DNA of 64,000 nt from assembly GCA_965178125.1 (NCBI GenBank), contig OZ237761.1:620001-684000 (forward strand). Direction: 5' to 3'. The position numbers and the translations under genes were made by a program. A model generated the notes under the pieces. The model was given only the letters and a program-made list of their open reading frames with translations. It was not told the origin of the DNA and searched no databases. The stretch is from Bilabrum cf. latius (taxonomy: Eukaryota). Shown one piece after another: positions 51,001 through 63,561 of this stretch (its first letter is position 1; the number at the start of each line of letters is the position of its first letter).

Positions 51001-53528
51001 CGAAGCGAAAGAAGCCCCAGTACGCTGGCGGCCTAGTGCTCGAGCCCAAGAAGGGCCTGTACGACAAGTTCGTGCTGCTGCTCGATTTCAACTCGCTGTA
51101 CCCCAGCATCATCCAGGAGTACAACATCTGCTACACCACCATCCTCAGGGAGCACGAGGCGGCCGAGCAGGGTGGCGGGGCCTCTGCGATGGCTGGAGCT
51201 GGCGGTACAGTGGAGGACGACATGGAGGCCATTGCGGCTGCGGCGGCGGGGGAGCTGGGCTCGGGTGCCGCAGCTGCCTCGGGTGCCGGGTCCTCCAGCG
51301 GCTCCAAGGCGGGCGACGGCGTGTACATGCCGCCAATCCCCGACTCCACGGAACACCCCGAGCCGGGAGTGCTGCCTAGGATGATTAGCGGCCTGGTGAA
51401 CCGCCGGCGGGCCGTGAAGAAGGAGCTCAAGAAGGCGAAGGACCCCGTGTCCAAGCAGCAGCTGGACATCCAGCAGTTCGCTCTCAAGATCCTTGCAAAC
51501 TCCATGTACGGCTGCCTCGGGTTCAGCAACTCGAGGTTCTTTGCCCAGCCCATCGCGGCCCTCGTGACCTCATAGGGCCGTGAGATTCTGCAGTCCACCA
51601 AGGAGCTGGCCGAGGGAAAGCTGGGCATGAAGGTCATCTACGGTGACACGGATTCCATCATGGTTCTGACCAACTCAACGGACATTAAGGAGGTCAGGGG
51701 GCTCGGCAAGGACGTCATCCGGGCCGTGAATAAGCAGTACAGGCAGGTCGAGCTGGACATCGACGGGATCTACGCCCGCATGCTGCTCCTCAAGAAGAAG
51801 AAGTACGCGGCCCTCACTGTCGAAGGGACCGAGACGGGGCAGGACGGGCAGGTAAAGCTCAAGCTCAAGCGCGAGATCAAGGGACTGGACATGGTGAGGC
51901 GCGACTGGTGCGTGCTCAGCAAGCGGATCGGCGAGCAGGTGCTGGACATGCTGCTGGAGGCGGGCACCGACACGGAGGGGGCAGTGGATCAGCTGCATGA
52001 ACTGATGACCACTTTGGCCAAGGACATGCGGGAGGGCAACATCCCCCTGGAGAAGTACGTGATCACGAAGGGGCTCAACAAGAGGGCCACAGAGTACCCC
52101 GACCCGACGAGCATGCCGCACGTGATGGTGGCAATGGCCATGATGAGGAGGGGCAGGCACGTCAGCGTGGGCGACCACATCCCGTACGTGATTGCCATGG
52201 ACAATCCCGATGCCCCGGCAGCTCCTGCCTCGGGGTCGGGCGCTGCTTCTGACGGATAGGCTCCCATGCAGGGCGGTGCCAAGGCAGCCTCCTCGTCCTC
52301 GTCCTCGTCCTCTGCTGCTGCGGGTGGGAGCCCCGTTCCGTCTTCCTCGAGCAGCGGTGTACCAGTGAGCACCCCGCCAAAACAGCCGGCTAACAGTGCC
52401 ACCGCAGCTGCACAGGTGGTGGCCGATGCTACGCAGGCAGCCGCGGGCCAGAAGAGCGCAGCCGCAGCGTCGTCTGCGGGCAAGAAGAAGGGCGCGGCGC
52501 TGCGTGCGCACCACCCCGACGACGTGACAGAGAGCGAGGGGCGCCTGGTGCCCGACGTGGAGTGGTACCTCGTGTCCCAGATCCTGCCCGTGATCTCCCG
52601 TCTGGTGGAGCCCATCGAGGGCGTCTCGCAGCAGAGCCTTGCCGCCGCCCTCGGCATCGAGCACGCCGTCAAGAGCCACGGGCAGTCGGGCGGGTATGGC
52701 GGGGACTATGACCAGGACGGCTACGTCCCATCCGCCGTGCTGGACGACGAAACTAGGTTCTCGGGGGCCGACAGGCTGCCCGTGTGCTGCATGCGGTGCA
52801 AGTACGCGTGTGACTTTGCTGGGGTGCGGTACTCGGCAGATGCACTCGAGGCGGCGGGCAAGGCGGCGGGTCGATAGCCCCTGCCCGTGCACGCCGTGTG
52901 CGGCTTGCAGTGCCCAGTGCCCGGCTGCGGCGGGCTGGTGGTCTCGGCGCAGACTGCCTCTGCCTCGGACGAGTCCTTCGGGGTTCCCGCGTTCCTGGGT
53001 GTGCAGACGCCCGGGAGTGAGCTGACCGGGGAGGAGATCGATGAGTGCAGGGCATCCATCGGGAACGCCCTCGCCCTGTCGGCGCGAGACTGCGTGCGGT
53101 CTCACATGGCGGGATGGCAGTCCTGCGACGAGCCTTCCTGCGGGGCCAGGACGAGGCAGATGGCCGTTCGGAAGGGAGGGTGCGAGTGCCTGAGAGAGGG
53201 GTGCAGGGGGAGGCTCTGGCCGGAGATGCCGTTTGCCAAGCTGCACAACCAGCTCGAGTACTTCGAGTCGCTGGCCAACGTGGACGCCAGCGCGCATCGT
53301 GCCAGGGTGGCCGAGGTTGCATTCCCCCGGATCCATCCGGAGCTGGCCGACGTGTACGCGTCCGCTTTGGCCATGGTGCGGAGGAGGCTGCAGCAGTCCG
53401 CGTACCACTTCGTAAACCCGTCGATCTTCTCGTACGTGGGAACGCTCAAGCTGGGCGACGATGTGGAGAGGAAGAGATAGGTGGCCGGGCTGGAGGGAGA
53501 CATGGACGGGCCGGTGGTTGCGTATTGA
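48073..53528 (+). CDS. POLA1: DNA polymerase alpha catalytic subunit; introns 48157-48245 and 48349-48471
   Basis: FVVDDDGLGYADDG, LDFNSLYPSIIQEYNICYTT, KILANSMYGCLG, YGDTDS, KGLDMVRRDWC and C-terminal Zn fingers. In-frame TAG at 48139, 51573, 52257, 52875 and 53478; TGA at 53526. Confidence 0.95.
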
Positions 53529-53766
53529 TTGACGGAGATTCGATTGATGAACGAACTCTGCTTGCGGAACCGGAACCATATCCCGAGCGGCGCCACGAGA
53601 TCCCGGACATTTGCACAAGGTTAGGCCAATACTAGCCTAGTGCGCCGCAAAAATCTTCGCAAAACAGTTGTTTAATAGATATCACCAAAGCATAGCAAGA
53701 AAATGGTTGCAATTGACCGGTGAAGATGACCGGCCCATGGCACCAGGAAGCCAAGATACTTACCCG

Positions 53767-54801
53767 TCACAGAAGCAATTCATCTTCTTCATTGGAATCC
53801 TCTGAAGGAAGGCCCATACCGTGTGGATGACGCCGAGGACCGTGTATTCCGGGGATTAGGTCACTCGTCGGGGGTGGCTAGCCGAACGAGCCTGGTTCGC
53901 CTGCATCGTCAGGTCCAGTATCTTGACTGTGCGATTGCCGACTTGGAGGCATGCCTTGTTCGCTCTGTCGACGAGCTGCACCACTTTCCTCTGCGGTCTA
54001 GTCACTGCCTGCAGCCCCGGACCCCGGATGCATGGCTGGTGGAGGTGCCGGAGCGCTCGCGTGCGTGGTCTAGGTGGCCTCCTACTCATCGGAGGTGTGC
54101 CCTCTCGCGGCGATGATGCCACCTCGTAGACCACGAGCTGGCCCGGCTACGCCTCCGGCGGTCGCCGCTCTCAGTTGACGCACGAGTGGGTTGTCCCGAC
54201 CAAAATGGACCGGCCGCATACCGGGAGTCCAAGAGAGCGCTGGCAGCAGCACCGCATGGATTCGCTGAAGGTCGACCGTCGCCTGGAGAGCGAGCACAGT
54301 CAGGTGGCGACCAGCAGCACCGTTGAACTGGGCGACCTCGAGGGCAGCCCCGGTGAGCCCTGCCGTCCGGGGCAGACGGGGAGGCTTCGCAAGACGCTCT
54401 TGGAAGCCGAGCACGAACTTGGGGATGCCCTTCATTAGGGCGTTGAAGTCTGGTGCGGTACCGCCAGGCAAGAGATGTATGAGGTCAGCCATGCCCAGCG
54501 AGCGGAGAAGTGGGGTGTAGACGCCTGCGCCGTCCCATCCGGCGACTCGTCGGACCCTGCGAAGCCCTGCACCCCGAATCACTGCCGAGATCCGCTGTTC
54601 AATGTTTTGTGCCATAGCGACAGGTTCGGCCGCGCTACTCGACCATTCCCGAGGCCAGCTCGGAAGTGCTGCTGCCACTTTTTCCACCGCAAACAGCATA
54701 TGAGTAGCGATTGGTAGCTTGTCCAACGATAGCGCTTCGAACGACGACAGCATCTTCCGGGCAGACTGCACGCCAAAGCATGCTGCAGCCACCGCATCCA
54801 C
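53767..54801 (-). CDS. Host hypothetical protein (probable last exon)
   Basis: 239-aa ORF extends through TAGs to TGA 53767. No recognisable domain. Confidence 0.4.
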
Positions 54802-56177
54802 TGCGATAATTAAAGGTAATACATAGAAAGCTAACGGTTGCCAACCCCTCTCAAGATAGGTACCCTACGGGGACACGGTCTCACTGAGTGGAGGTTGGTC
54901 CGCCGATCGCACAGCTAGGATGCTGGCATCGAACTCTGAGGCTGTCCAGCGCTACTCCTCGCCATTGTGGTACTCTAAAAAGAATTCATTTGAAACAAAT
55001 TCTAGTTTTGCTAATGCCGTAGTCGAATGCGCAGCCACTGCGGCGTGATCAGGCATTGTGGAGAGTTGGGAGCCACTGTCCTAGGCCTACAGTTCAAGTG
55101 GGCCTTGAGGGGCCCCAGACCCAGATGCAGGGCCAACTCCGCCTTCTTCCTAAGCTTCTGCGCGCACATTGATTGAATTTGGCAGTTTCCCGTGAAATTA
55201 ATCGCTGTCTGCACGGAAAGTGATAGCATACCGCATGGTAGTTTCCTAAAAGCTGCAAGCCGCAATTCTTACTTGCTGTACCATCTTCTGGCAAAATTAT
55301 GGAGCCATGGTGATCAGTACTAGAGTTCTGATCATGAGTTCCATCCTAGGGCCCCTCTTGACTTCCCCGTTCCTTAGGATCAGGCCTAGCGACCGCACCT
55401 TCGCCAGAGTGTCGATTTTGTCGGACGTCTTTGGCCTAAATTGCAGCAACCCAACAGCAAGCTGCCGCGATTGCAGTAAGTTTAAAGGTCTGCATGAGTT
55501 GAGGTATACTTGGTTTGTGATTTGCTTTGTTTCGTGCTATCCCTGGCTTGAGAAAACTCGGTGGATCCTTGCCGAATAGCGCGGCGCCAAGCGGCGGCAC
55601 CGTGGTCGCATTTCTCGGATCAAACACCACGGTCCTAAATCATGGCAGCAATGCCCCTTCTGGATTGGACCCGCCATTGATCCAGGTGGAGCGTGATTCT
55701 TCGCAAGGAGTCTGGATGGAGGCGCCTTCAAGCTACGAAGAAGTCATTGATCCCAGCAAATCCCGGTGGTCGTCTTGTTTGGTTCGCATTGCGACTCAAA
55801 GCATGCGAGTGAAGTCCCCGATCCCGCTTGGCTTGTTGTAGCCCGGCAACGAAGAACTGCTGGCAGAAGCAGCCGTGGCTGGAGCCGAACTGGACCGAAA
55901 GCTGTGCGATCCGAAATCGGTAAGTCGGACCTCCCATGTTGTAGAAGGCGGCAGTATCGCCATGCGATGGTTTCTCTACTGGTGTTTTTCCATTGGTGTT
56001 GATCGCAGTCAGATGGAGTCTGTGCATCGCTGCTAGGCGTGTGCTTGCTTACCCGTGGGAGTCCAGCAGCGTTCGAAACGTTGCTGTTCTACAAGAGCGT
56101 CCACGCCAATCCAGCATTTGCAGACGTAAGGGCGGATAGAATGCCTTGCGGAGCTTGTAGTATGGTTTTGCCCATGA

Positions 56178-57254
56178 TTGTACTTCCTGAATTGTTGCAC
56201 CACCCGTTCCCGTGTGCAGCCAGACGTAATCGAAAGGATCATGTACTTCATTGGATTTATGCAGATGGAACTGCCGCAAGTTTGGCTTCCCATATGGAGA
56301 TACGTCGTCCCACTGCTGCATGCAGGCCCATCGCTGCAAAAAGTGAGATACTTCGATTGTCGGCATCGCGGCAACCTGTCCACCGCTCCACAACGCTGGC
56401 CACATCCAGCGTTCTTGCACCCGAGCGAAATAGGGCCGTGGATCACCATGCTGAGGTACACGGCGAGCCCAGCAGAGTGGGTCCGCACATTCTTCGATTG
56501 CGTGCCGCCAGCAGCCATGCGAGGCGTGCAGTACTACAACCCACACCGCAACCGCATGCGCCACCTCGTCCACTTCCGCCGAGCCGCCGATGCACACCGG
56601 GACGCGTGGCTGGTGCTGCAGGCCGCTGCCGAGGGCAGGCCCCTGGAGCTGGGCAAGCGTCTGAGGCTGGGCAGGCTGGCGGGGGGGCACACGACGGGGA
56701 CATGGGTCACGGTGCAGCGCCGTGTGGGTGGTACGGCGGGGCTCGGCCCTGCGGCACCATCGCCATCGATGGCTGCAGAGCATGCGGCAAGGTCAGGGGC
56801 GGGGTGTGGCGGTGATGGGGGTGGGACCGGAGGAGGCGGGGACTATGCGAGGTGGGAGGTGCTGGGGGGCTGCAATGCGCTGACGGCTGCGTGCGCTGGC
56901 GGTCACGGGGAGTGTGTGCGTGTGCTGGCGCGAGGGGTGCGGGGTGCGGGCTCGTACGTGAAGCGTCGGGACCCCGGGGGCAGGGGCTGCTGGGAGGTGG
57001 CTGTGGGGGACGCTATGGATGCGCTGGAGGAGCTGCGGCGGGACCCTGCGATGCAGTGCGGTGATCTGCCGGCGTGTGACGAGCGCGGGTGGCATCGGGG
57101 GGTTGCACCATGGCAGGAGGTCGGGACAGGGTCAGCAGAGTACGGTCGATTGGGGGATGACCTGGCGTTGGGCCTGCCGGCTTCCTACGCTGCCACGGGC
57201 GATCCTGTTCTGAGCAGCTTGCATGGGACGGGGCTTGGCTCTAGCCTGTATTGA
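56178..57254 (+). CDS. Host hypothetical protein with ankyrin-like motif (5' end uncertain)
   Basis: NALTAACAGGHGECVRVLA. Ends TGA. Confidence 0.45.
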   Translation: MYFLNCCTTRSRVQPDVIERIMYFIGFMQMELPQVWLPIWRYVVPLLHAGPSLQKVRYFDCRHRGNLSTAPQRWPHPAFLHPSEIGPWITMLRYTASPAEWVRTFFDCVPPAAMRGVQYYNPHRNRMRHLVHFRRAADAHRDAWLVLQAAAEGRPLELGKRLRLGRLAGGHTTGTWVTVQRRVGGTAGLGPAAPSPSMAAEHAARSGAGCGGDGGGTGGGGDYARWEVLGGCNALTAACAGGHGECVRVLARGVRGAGSYVKRRDPGGRGCWEVAVGDAMDALEELRRDPAMQCGDLPACDERGWHRGVAPWQEVGTGSAEYGRLGDDLALGLPASYAATGDPVLSSLHGTGLGSSLY

Positions 57255-57490
57255 ATGTATTCTAATTGCATTAGTAGAATACTCAATTTAGTTGCTGTCA
57301 CGTTCTGTCCGGCAGTGTAGTTGTCAAAGATCTTCAAGTGCAACTGCATTGCATAGTAGCATTAATGCGCGGCTCTGCGCAATAGAGATGTCTGGAGTCT
57401 ACATTCAAAGTGTGCACGGCATCTGGTCGCAAGAGCAACACACATCTTCAAGGCGTCTCGCTCACCAGCCTTTGCAGTCACAACACGCTC

Positions 57491-57733
57491 ACGATCACGA
57501 ACTGAACAGCCTTCGCAACAGCCTCATGATCACGAACTGAACAGCCTTCGCAACAGCCTCATGATCACGAACTGAACAGCCTTCGCAACAGCCTCATGAT
57601 CACGAACTGAACAGCCTTCGCAACAGCCTCATGATCACGAACTGAACAGCCTTCGCAACAGCCTCATGATCACGAACTGAACAGCCTTCGCAACAGCCTC
57701 ATGATCACGAACTGAACAGCCTTCGCAACAGCC
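57491..57733. repeat. 35-bp minisatellite, ~7 copies (ATGATCACGAACTGAACAGCCTTCGCAACAGCCTC)
   Basis: Head-to-tail near-identical units with no spacers. Confidence 0.95.
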
Positions 57734-60700
57734 CAACGCCGCGGGCTGCATCGCGCGACTGGGCGTCCGACTGCCCACCGCTTGCTGCTCCACCCCCCGT
57801 CTCCTACCCCTGCGCCTATTCGCCGCTCTGCACAGCAAGTGGACCGCTCGTCAAGCCGCTCACACCACTGCCGCCGCCCATGCGAGGCATGGCCGATGCT
57901 CTTCGCCGCGGCCTGCGGTGGGGCCCTGCCCCACCCTGACCCTTTCGGGCAGCAGCAGCGGATGCAGGAACAGCGGCAGCAGCCTGCGAGGCCCCAGCTG
58001 AGGGCCCCGACACATGGGCGGGGGGGGAGGGCCCAGCAGTAGCAGATCGCAGAAGCAGCATGCGCCCGATTTCGCCCACGTCCGTTAGCTGCGGGTGGGG
58101 ACCGGCACCGTCGTCGTCAACCTGCGGGCTCCCCCCTGCTTTGCTGCGGCCATGCTCAGGCTTGGGCCCTGGCTCCCCGACGCGACGACTGCTGCTCCAG
58201 CTGCTATCTGTTCGAAATACCACGGGCGGTGGCCTCTCCTTCCCATCCATGCTCGTGCTTGTGCCTGGGGCATCACCGACACCATGCCCAGGCTTGGGTC
58301 GAGTTCCACAGGAAGCTGAACCTGCATCGGCAGGAGCCTCGCTGCTGGCGAGCCACCTACTCGTTACACCATCTGAACCCGCATCAGCCGATCCGCCTGC
58401 GCTTGTTCCCCCGGCCTTGCTCGCCAGGCTGTCCCTCCCCATCAGCTGTCGACTATGGAGCTGCTCCTCCTTCTCCTGCCCTGTCGCCCCCCCCGCCGCG
58501 CCCTTCCTCACCCCGCTTGTCCCCGTCGGTTCCTTCACCTCCGCCCTCGCAATCGACTCGCTACCCGCCTGCAAGCGGCTCAGGGGGTAGCCCGACCGAA
58601 AATCCCGAGAATTACCCCCGACTCCGCCTCCGTCCGGCTTTCTGTCCCTCACCCCCGGCACGTCTCCACCAGCTCCTGCGCCGGCATCCAGCCCCCCGCC
58701 GGACCTGGATCGCTTAAACTTCTTTACGAGCAGCACCTTCGCGATCGCCACGCTCCAGATGTCCTTCCGGGCCGTATAGGCAGAGGCCACGTCCCGCGTG
58801 GAAGTGGACAGCCGCCGCAGGTCGTTCAAGTCAGGCATGTCTCCGGAACTGCCCGCCCCCGAGAACACGCTCCTCCTGCTCGATGCAAGCCGAAGCTCCC
58901 GCTCGGACTGCTTGGATGAGTGCAGCAGGTACCGACCGCTGTTGCTGAAGAATCCCCTCTGACCCGCGCGAGGGAGGGCCACGCTGCGGCCTCTTCGGCG
59001 ACCAGCGGCCGCCGTCCCAGGGCTGCGATGAGCAGCAGGAGACCGCATGGGAGTCCCTGATCCAGCTCCTGCTCCTGCGCCTTCTCCTTCCCACACACCA
59101 GGACCCTGCGAGCCGTCGCTGCTAGTGCGTGACATCGACCCCCCACCACCACTGTTGAGGCGGGCGGAAGGCCGTACCATGCCCGCGGGATCGGTCATGC
59201 GCCGGCCGTACGCTGCCAAGAACGAGGGAGGGAGGTCGCTGCTGTCCACTGCTGGTCTGGAGGGACCGAGCGACGGAGAGTGTGACGAGTGCATCGAGCC
59301 CCCTTGCGTCGGTGGCAGCCCGTCCCGCGTTGACCCCTGGTTGCGCACGGCCTTGTGATTACGGATCATGCCCGCGCGCGCCTTCGCCGCGAAACTGATG
59401 GCTTGCGCCCCGTCGCCTGCCGCAGGCGCTCTGGACACTCCTTCTCCTGTCTTCTCTCCTGTCTTTTCTCCTGCATCGCCACTCGGACCGGCATTGGCAC
59501 TGCTAGCAGGAGTCCCACCAGCACCCTTGCTGCTGCTGCTGCTGCTGCTGCTATTGCTGCCGGCCGGTACGAGCCCGCGCCTGGAGCTGGCGGCGAGCAG
59601 GGCTTGTTCTGCCTCGCTCTCGGCCTGTCTCGCCCGACGCAGCTCCTCCGCGTCCTCCTTCTCTTGCCTCGCCTGCTGCAGCATCGCCTCGCTGACGCCC
59701 TCGTCCTCCTCCCCGGCGACCTTCTCGTTCTCGTCTTCGTCTTCGTCCAGCCCTTCATCGATCGTGTCGCCCACACGCACCGCGTCTGCGTCCTCATCTT
59801 CGCCGCCGTCTTCACCATTGCCCACCTGGTCCAGATACAGCCAGGCGTGCTCGTGCAGCTGATCTGCAGTCATCCTCTTGTCCGGGTCCACCTCAAGGAG
59901 GCCCCGAAGCAGCTCGAGAAACTCGTCGGACAGGCCCTTAGCCGGCAGCCTGCCCCAGTCGATCTTCCCCGTCGCGACCGCGTCTCCCAGCGCAGTGGGA
60001 TCTCCTTTCTTCGGCTCGGATCCGGGGATGGGCAGCTGCCCGCGTCTTGAGGCCAGCAGGAACAGCACCACACCAAGCGACCACATGTCGGCGGCTCGCA
60101 ACGAGTAGCCCGGTGGGGGTCCCGTTCGGACGGGTGCGATGCTGGGCGCTAGACTTGGCGAGGGGGTCGCTGCCAGGCCTGGCTCTAGCACGCTTGATGC
60201 GCCGGCCTTGCTTCGCCTCTGGAGAAATGGAGGAGGGACTTGGGGCGGATCGGCAGTCGCTGGTGCCGGTGCTGGCTGAGCCGGCCTCTGTGCTCGTTTT
60301 GTGAGAAACGGCGGGCGCGGGGCCGGAGCAGTCGCAGACACCGGCGAAGCTGCACTCGGGCTTATAGCCGAGGGGGGCTGCTTTCCTCCTTTGCGGGAGA
60401 GGAATGGAGGCCTCCCTCCCATGAATGGCGGGGGGTTCGGGGAGGGACCGGAACTGCTGCTGCTGCCGCTGGAGGCCGATGCTGCCGCGTCAGTCGCTTT
60501 TCCGGCCGCCCCTGGGCCTATTCCTCCTCCTCCTCCTTTTCTTCTCATGGCCCCCAGCATCGGCGGGATGCCCGGCGGGGCTGATCCCTCCGATGGCAGC
60601 TCGGGCTGCGGCCGCCCGTAGTTCGGCCGGTAGCATTCCGGGGGCAAAAAAGCCGGCGTACCCTCCGTGCTCTTGGTGAAGTCGGCCCACTTCTCGTCGG

Positions 60701-61946
60701 ACAAGAGGACTTTAGCCACCCCCAGGTCGATCACCTTGGCCCAGGGTTCGCCCTGGGGCACCTGCTCCGAGAGGGGGGCAGACAGGAGGATGTTCTCCGG
60801 CTTGATATCCCTTGAGCAAATGCCCACCGAGTGTAGGTACCACAGGGCGTCGCCAACGTCGTGGGCCACGCGCCTGATTTCTGGCTCCGAGTAGAGGCCC
60901 TGCTCTGCCGGATCTTCTTCTTCGTCATTATCGGTCCTGCCGCTCGTCCCTGCCGCCCTTGCGCCCGCGCCTGCTTCCTCCCCCTGCAGCTGTGCAGGGC
61001 TCGGTGACCTGCTTCCCCTGTGGGCGCCGCGGCTGCTCGCGCCGGATCCAGCCGACTAGGCAACGCTGCCGGGCTCAGTGGCAGTGCGCATGGGGCTTTC
61101 ATTCGATGTCCACATGCCCGTGGTCATCTGGCCAGCGGTCGGTGAGCGCAGCCCTGCCCTCCTTCGGTATCGCTTGCGCCTGTCGTCCCAGACCAGCAGA
61201 GGCCCGCCCTTGAGGAGCTCCATGACGGCGTGGATCTTATCGCCTTTCTCCTTGTCGATCAGCTCGTAGCAAAGGCAGATCGCCGGGTGCTGGGTGACCC
61301 CTTTGAGGACTGCCAGCTCGACCCTGAGCTTGTCCAGGCCAGAGACTACCTTGAGACCCCCGCCGCCAGGAGACCCGTCGTCCTCTCTCTGGTACTGCTT
61401 GCGCTTCGCCAGCTTCGTCTTGGAGAACTGCTTAACGGCTACTTCCATGCCATTTCGCACGTGTACTGCGCGGAAAACCTTCGCGTAGCCTCCCTCTCCA
61501 ATCTGTTCAATCAATTGCCACTCGTTGACCTTGGGCATCCTGACTCGATCCAAGCGGGAAACGCCCTTTAGCGCCGATGCAACTTGCTGAGAGCTTGTAG
61601 ACTCGTGTTGTCGGCTGGATTCTTCTTCATCGTGCTCTTCTCCTTGACTTGCCATGCGGACGAGCTGCTGCTTGCGAGGCTTGAAGTTGGTTTTGTCCAG
61701 AAGCGCAGAGTGCGCTTCTCCATCAAGCAGCAGAGACGCCTTTTTAGTGAGAACCAATGAGTTACGTCCCGGTTTTAGGATTCGTTTCGATTGGAATGTT
61801 GCAGCGGTCTGCTTGGAGTCTAGCTGGGGTCGTTGCGCTTCGTTAGCTTCGCCCGAGCTGCTCCCTGGTCCATCTGGCCGCGTCTCATCCGCAGTCTCAT
61901 CTCTCGCGGCATCATTCTGCTGCTCGTCTTGGTCTTCTCTCTCCAT
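57705..61946 (-). CDS. CaMKK-like Ser/Thr protein kinase with large low-complexity inserts
   Basis: IGEGGYAKV, VAVK, SRDIKPEN, DLG, GTPAFLPPE and DMWSLGV. The two halves join via TAG 61056. Ends TGA 57705. Confidence 0.85.
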
Positions 61947-62088
61947 AGAAATAATCCAAAGAACCACTGCGTTTAAGGCGATTGATACGTGGTCTGAAGG
62001 AGCGCCTGCCACTGCCATGATGACGATCAGACCCAAAGATTCGATCCGCTGACCAAAGTTTCGCTCAATAGCGAGAACGCTTTGTACT

Positions 62089-63561
62089 ATGAATAATCTT
62101 GGCTGTGGACTTGTGCCATCGATCGCGCTGTGCGTGGTTTTGGCTCTTTGTTAGACAGGGAGGTGCAAGTACGCTACAACTGCAACAGAGCCTCCGCTGC
62201 TGGTCGACAACAACACCAAGGCGATTATAGCACCCAATGTTCCACCGATACCTATCGGACTGTGGGCGATGACGCACGTGTCCCTTCCTGCAGAGGATAA
62301 GCACGGCAAGAACTTGCCGCTGCTCAACCTCACAGAGGCTCGCAAGATGATTCGCAACGACTACATCGTTGGCGTGTCCGTAGAATTCAGCCTGTATGAC
62401 GTGTGGCCAGACCAAAATAAACCCCCGAGCATGGATCGCGTGGCACAGCACATGCAGGTAATCGACGAGGCCTGCGAGGCCGAGGGCAAGGCTCGCGGCT
62501 GCCTGCCTTTCTTCCTCAAGCCCTTCCTGTCCAACCTCCCCACGTGGATGGGCACCGTGCCCCCTCTCTCCATGGGCCGCAACCAGGTGGGCATGCGGGT
62601 GCTCGGCGCTCCCACGTCGTGGCAAGGTGTCATGACGAACGCGACGGTTCCACTGTCCTGCGACCCCGCCTGGCACTCCATCCTGGATCGGGTGCTGGAC
62701 GCGATCGACGCGTGGCTCGGGGAACAAGACGCGCGAGTCACCCGCGTGCCCATTGTGCATTTCCTGGGCCCACTCATGACCTCGCTGCAGATGAGGCCAG
62801 GCCCACAGCCCCTGTTCGACTACCTCAGCGCCGCACCGGGCGTCAACGATACGCTGGGCTGGGGCTGGAACAAGGAGTGCCACATCGACGCGTGGGTGCA
62901 GAGGGCCCGCCGGTTCGGGGACGCGAGCCGCTGGCCGCACGTGGGCAAGCGGGCCTGGGCCTTCGACTTCACCGTGCTGCCGGCCAAGTCCAACAACGCG
63001 TCGTTCGTGTTCTTCGACACGGCAGACCAGACCAGGCCCCTGGATGCGCTCGAATAGTCGCACCCGCTTGGACCCGGGGCAGTGCTCGCAAAGACAGAGT
63101 CGCTTCACGTGAACCTGGACTTCAACCACACCCACAGCACGTGCAGCGCCATCCCGCCCGCCAACGATTCCGGATCCCACGCCAGCTTCCAGGAGGCCTA
63201 CATGGACGAGCCCCTGGGCGTGCCCTACCAGTTCATTGGCAACCGCACGTGGAGGCACGGCTGGGAGGATTTCTCCCCCATCGCCATGCCAGCCCTGCCC
63301 GGCAACCGCACGGCGGTGCCCTCCATGTACCCCCTCGCGGTTCTAGGGAACAACTCGCTCTACCGGGACATCGGGCCGGGGCTCATCGACCCGGTTGTTC
63401 CCCAGGGAACACTGTGGGCGGAGGTATGGCAGTGGGAGGCAGCCGACCCGTGGGGGGCCCCTGCCTGCGTGAGCGGGGACGCCCTTGCAGCCGGCATGCG
63501 GGAGTGGAACCGGCGGCTGAGAGAGGAGTACGTTGCATCTGTGCGAGCCGCCGCGCTTTGA
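62089..63561 (+). CDS. Secreted protein (490 aa), possibly glycoside-hydrolase-like
   Basis: Signal-peptide-like N-terminus appears only with TAG readthrough. Two listed ORFs join at TAG 63055. Ends TGA. Function is a guess. Confidence 0.6.

Noticed and set aside
48900-53618. Long antisense ORFs (666 and 647 aa) and many other overlapping GC-rich ORFs
   Set aside because: Shadow frames of GC3-rich genes such as Pol alpha, with no recognisable domains.
55527-57254. Joining 55527-55841 and 56178-57254 into one ORF by TAG readthrough
   Set aside because: An in-frame TAA near 56127 intervenes, and the exon structure cannot be resolved by eye.
57491-57733. CRISPR array
   Set aside because: Contiguous identical units with no spacers, no cas genes, eukaryotic context.
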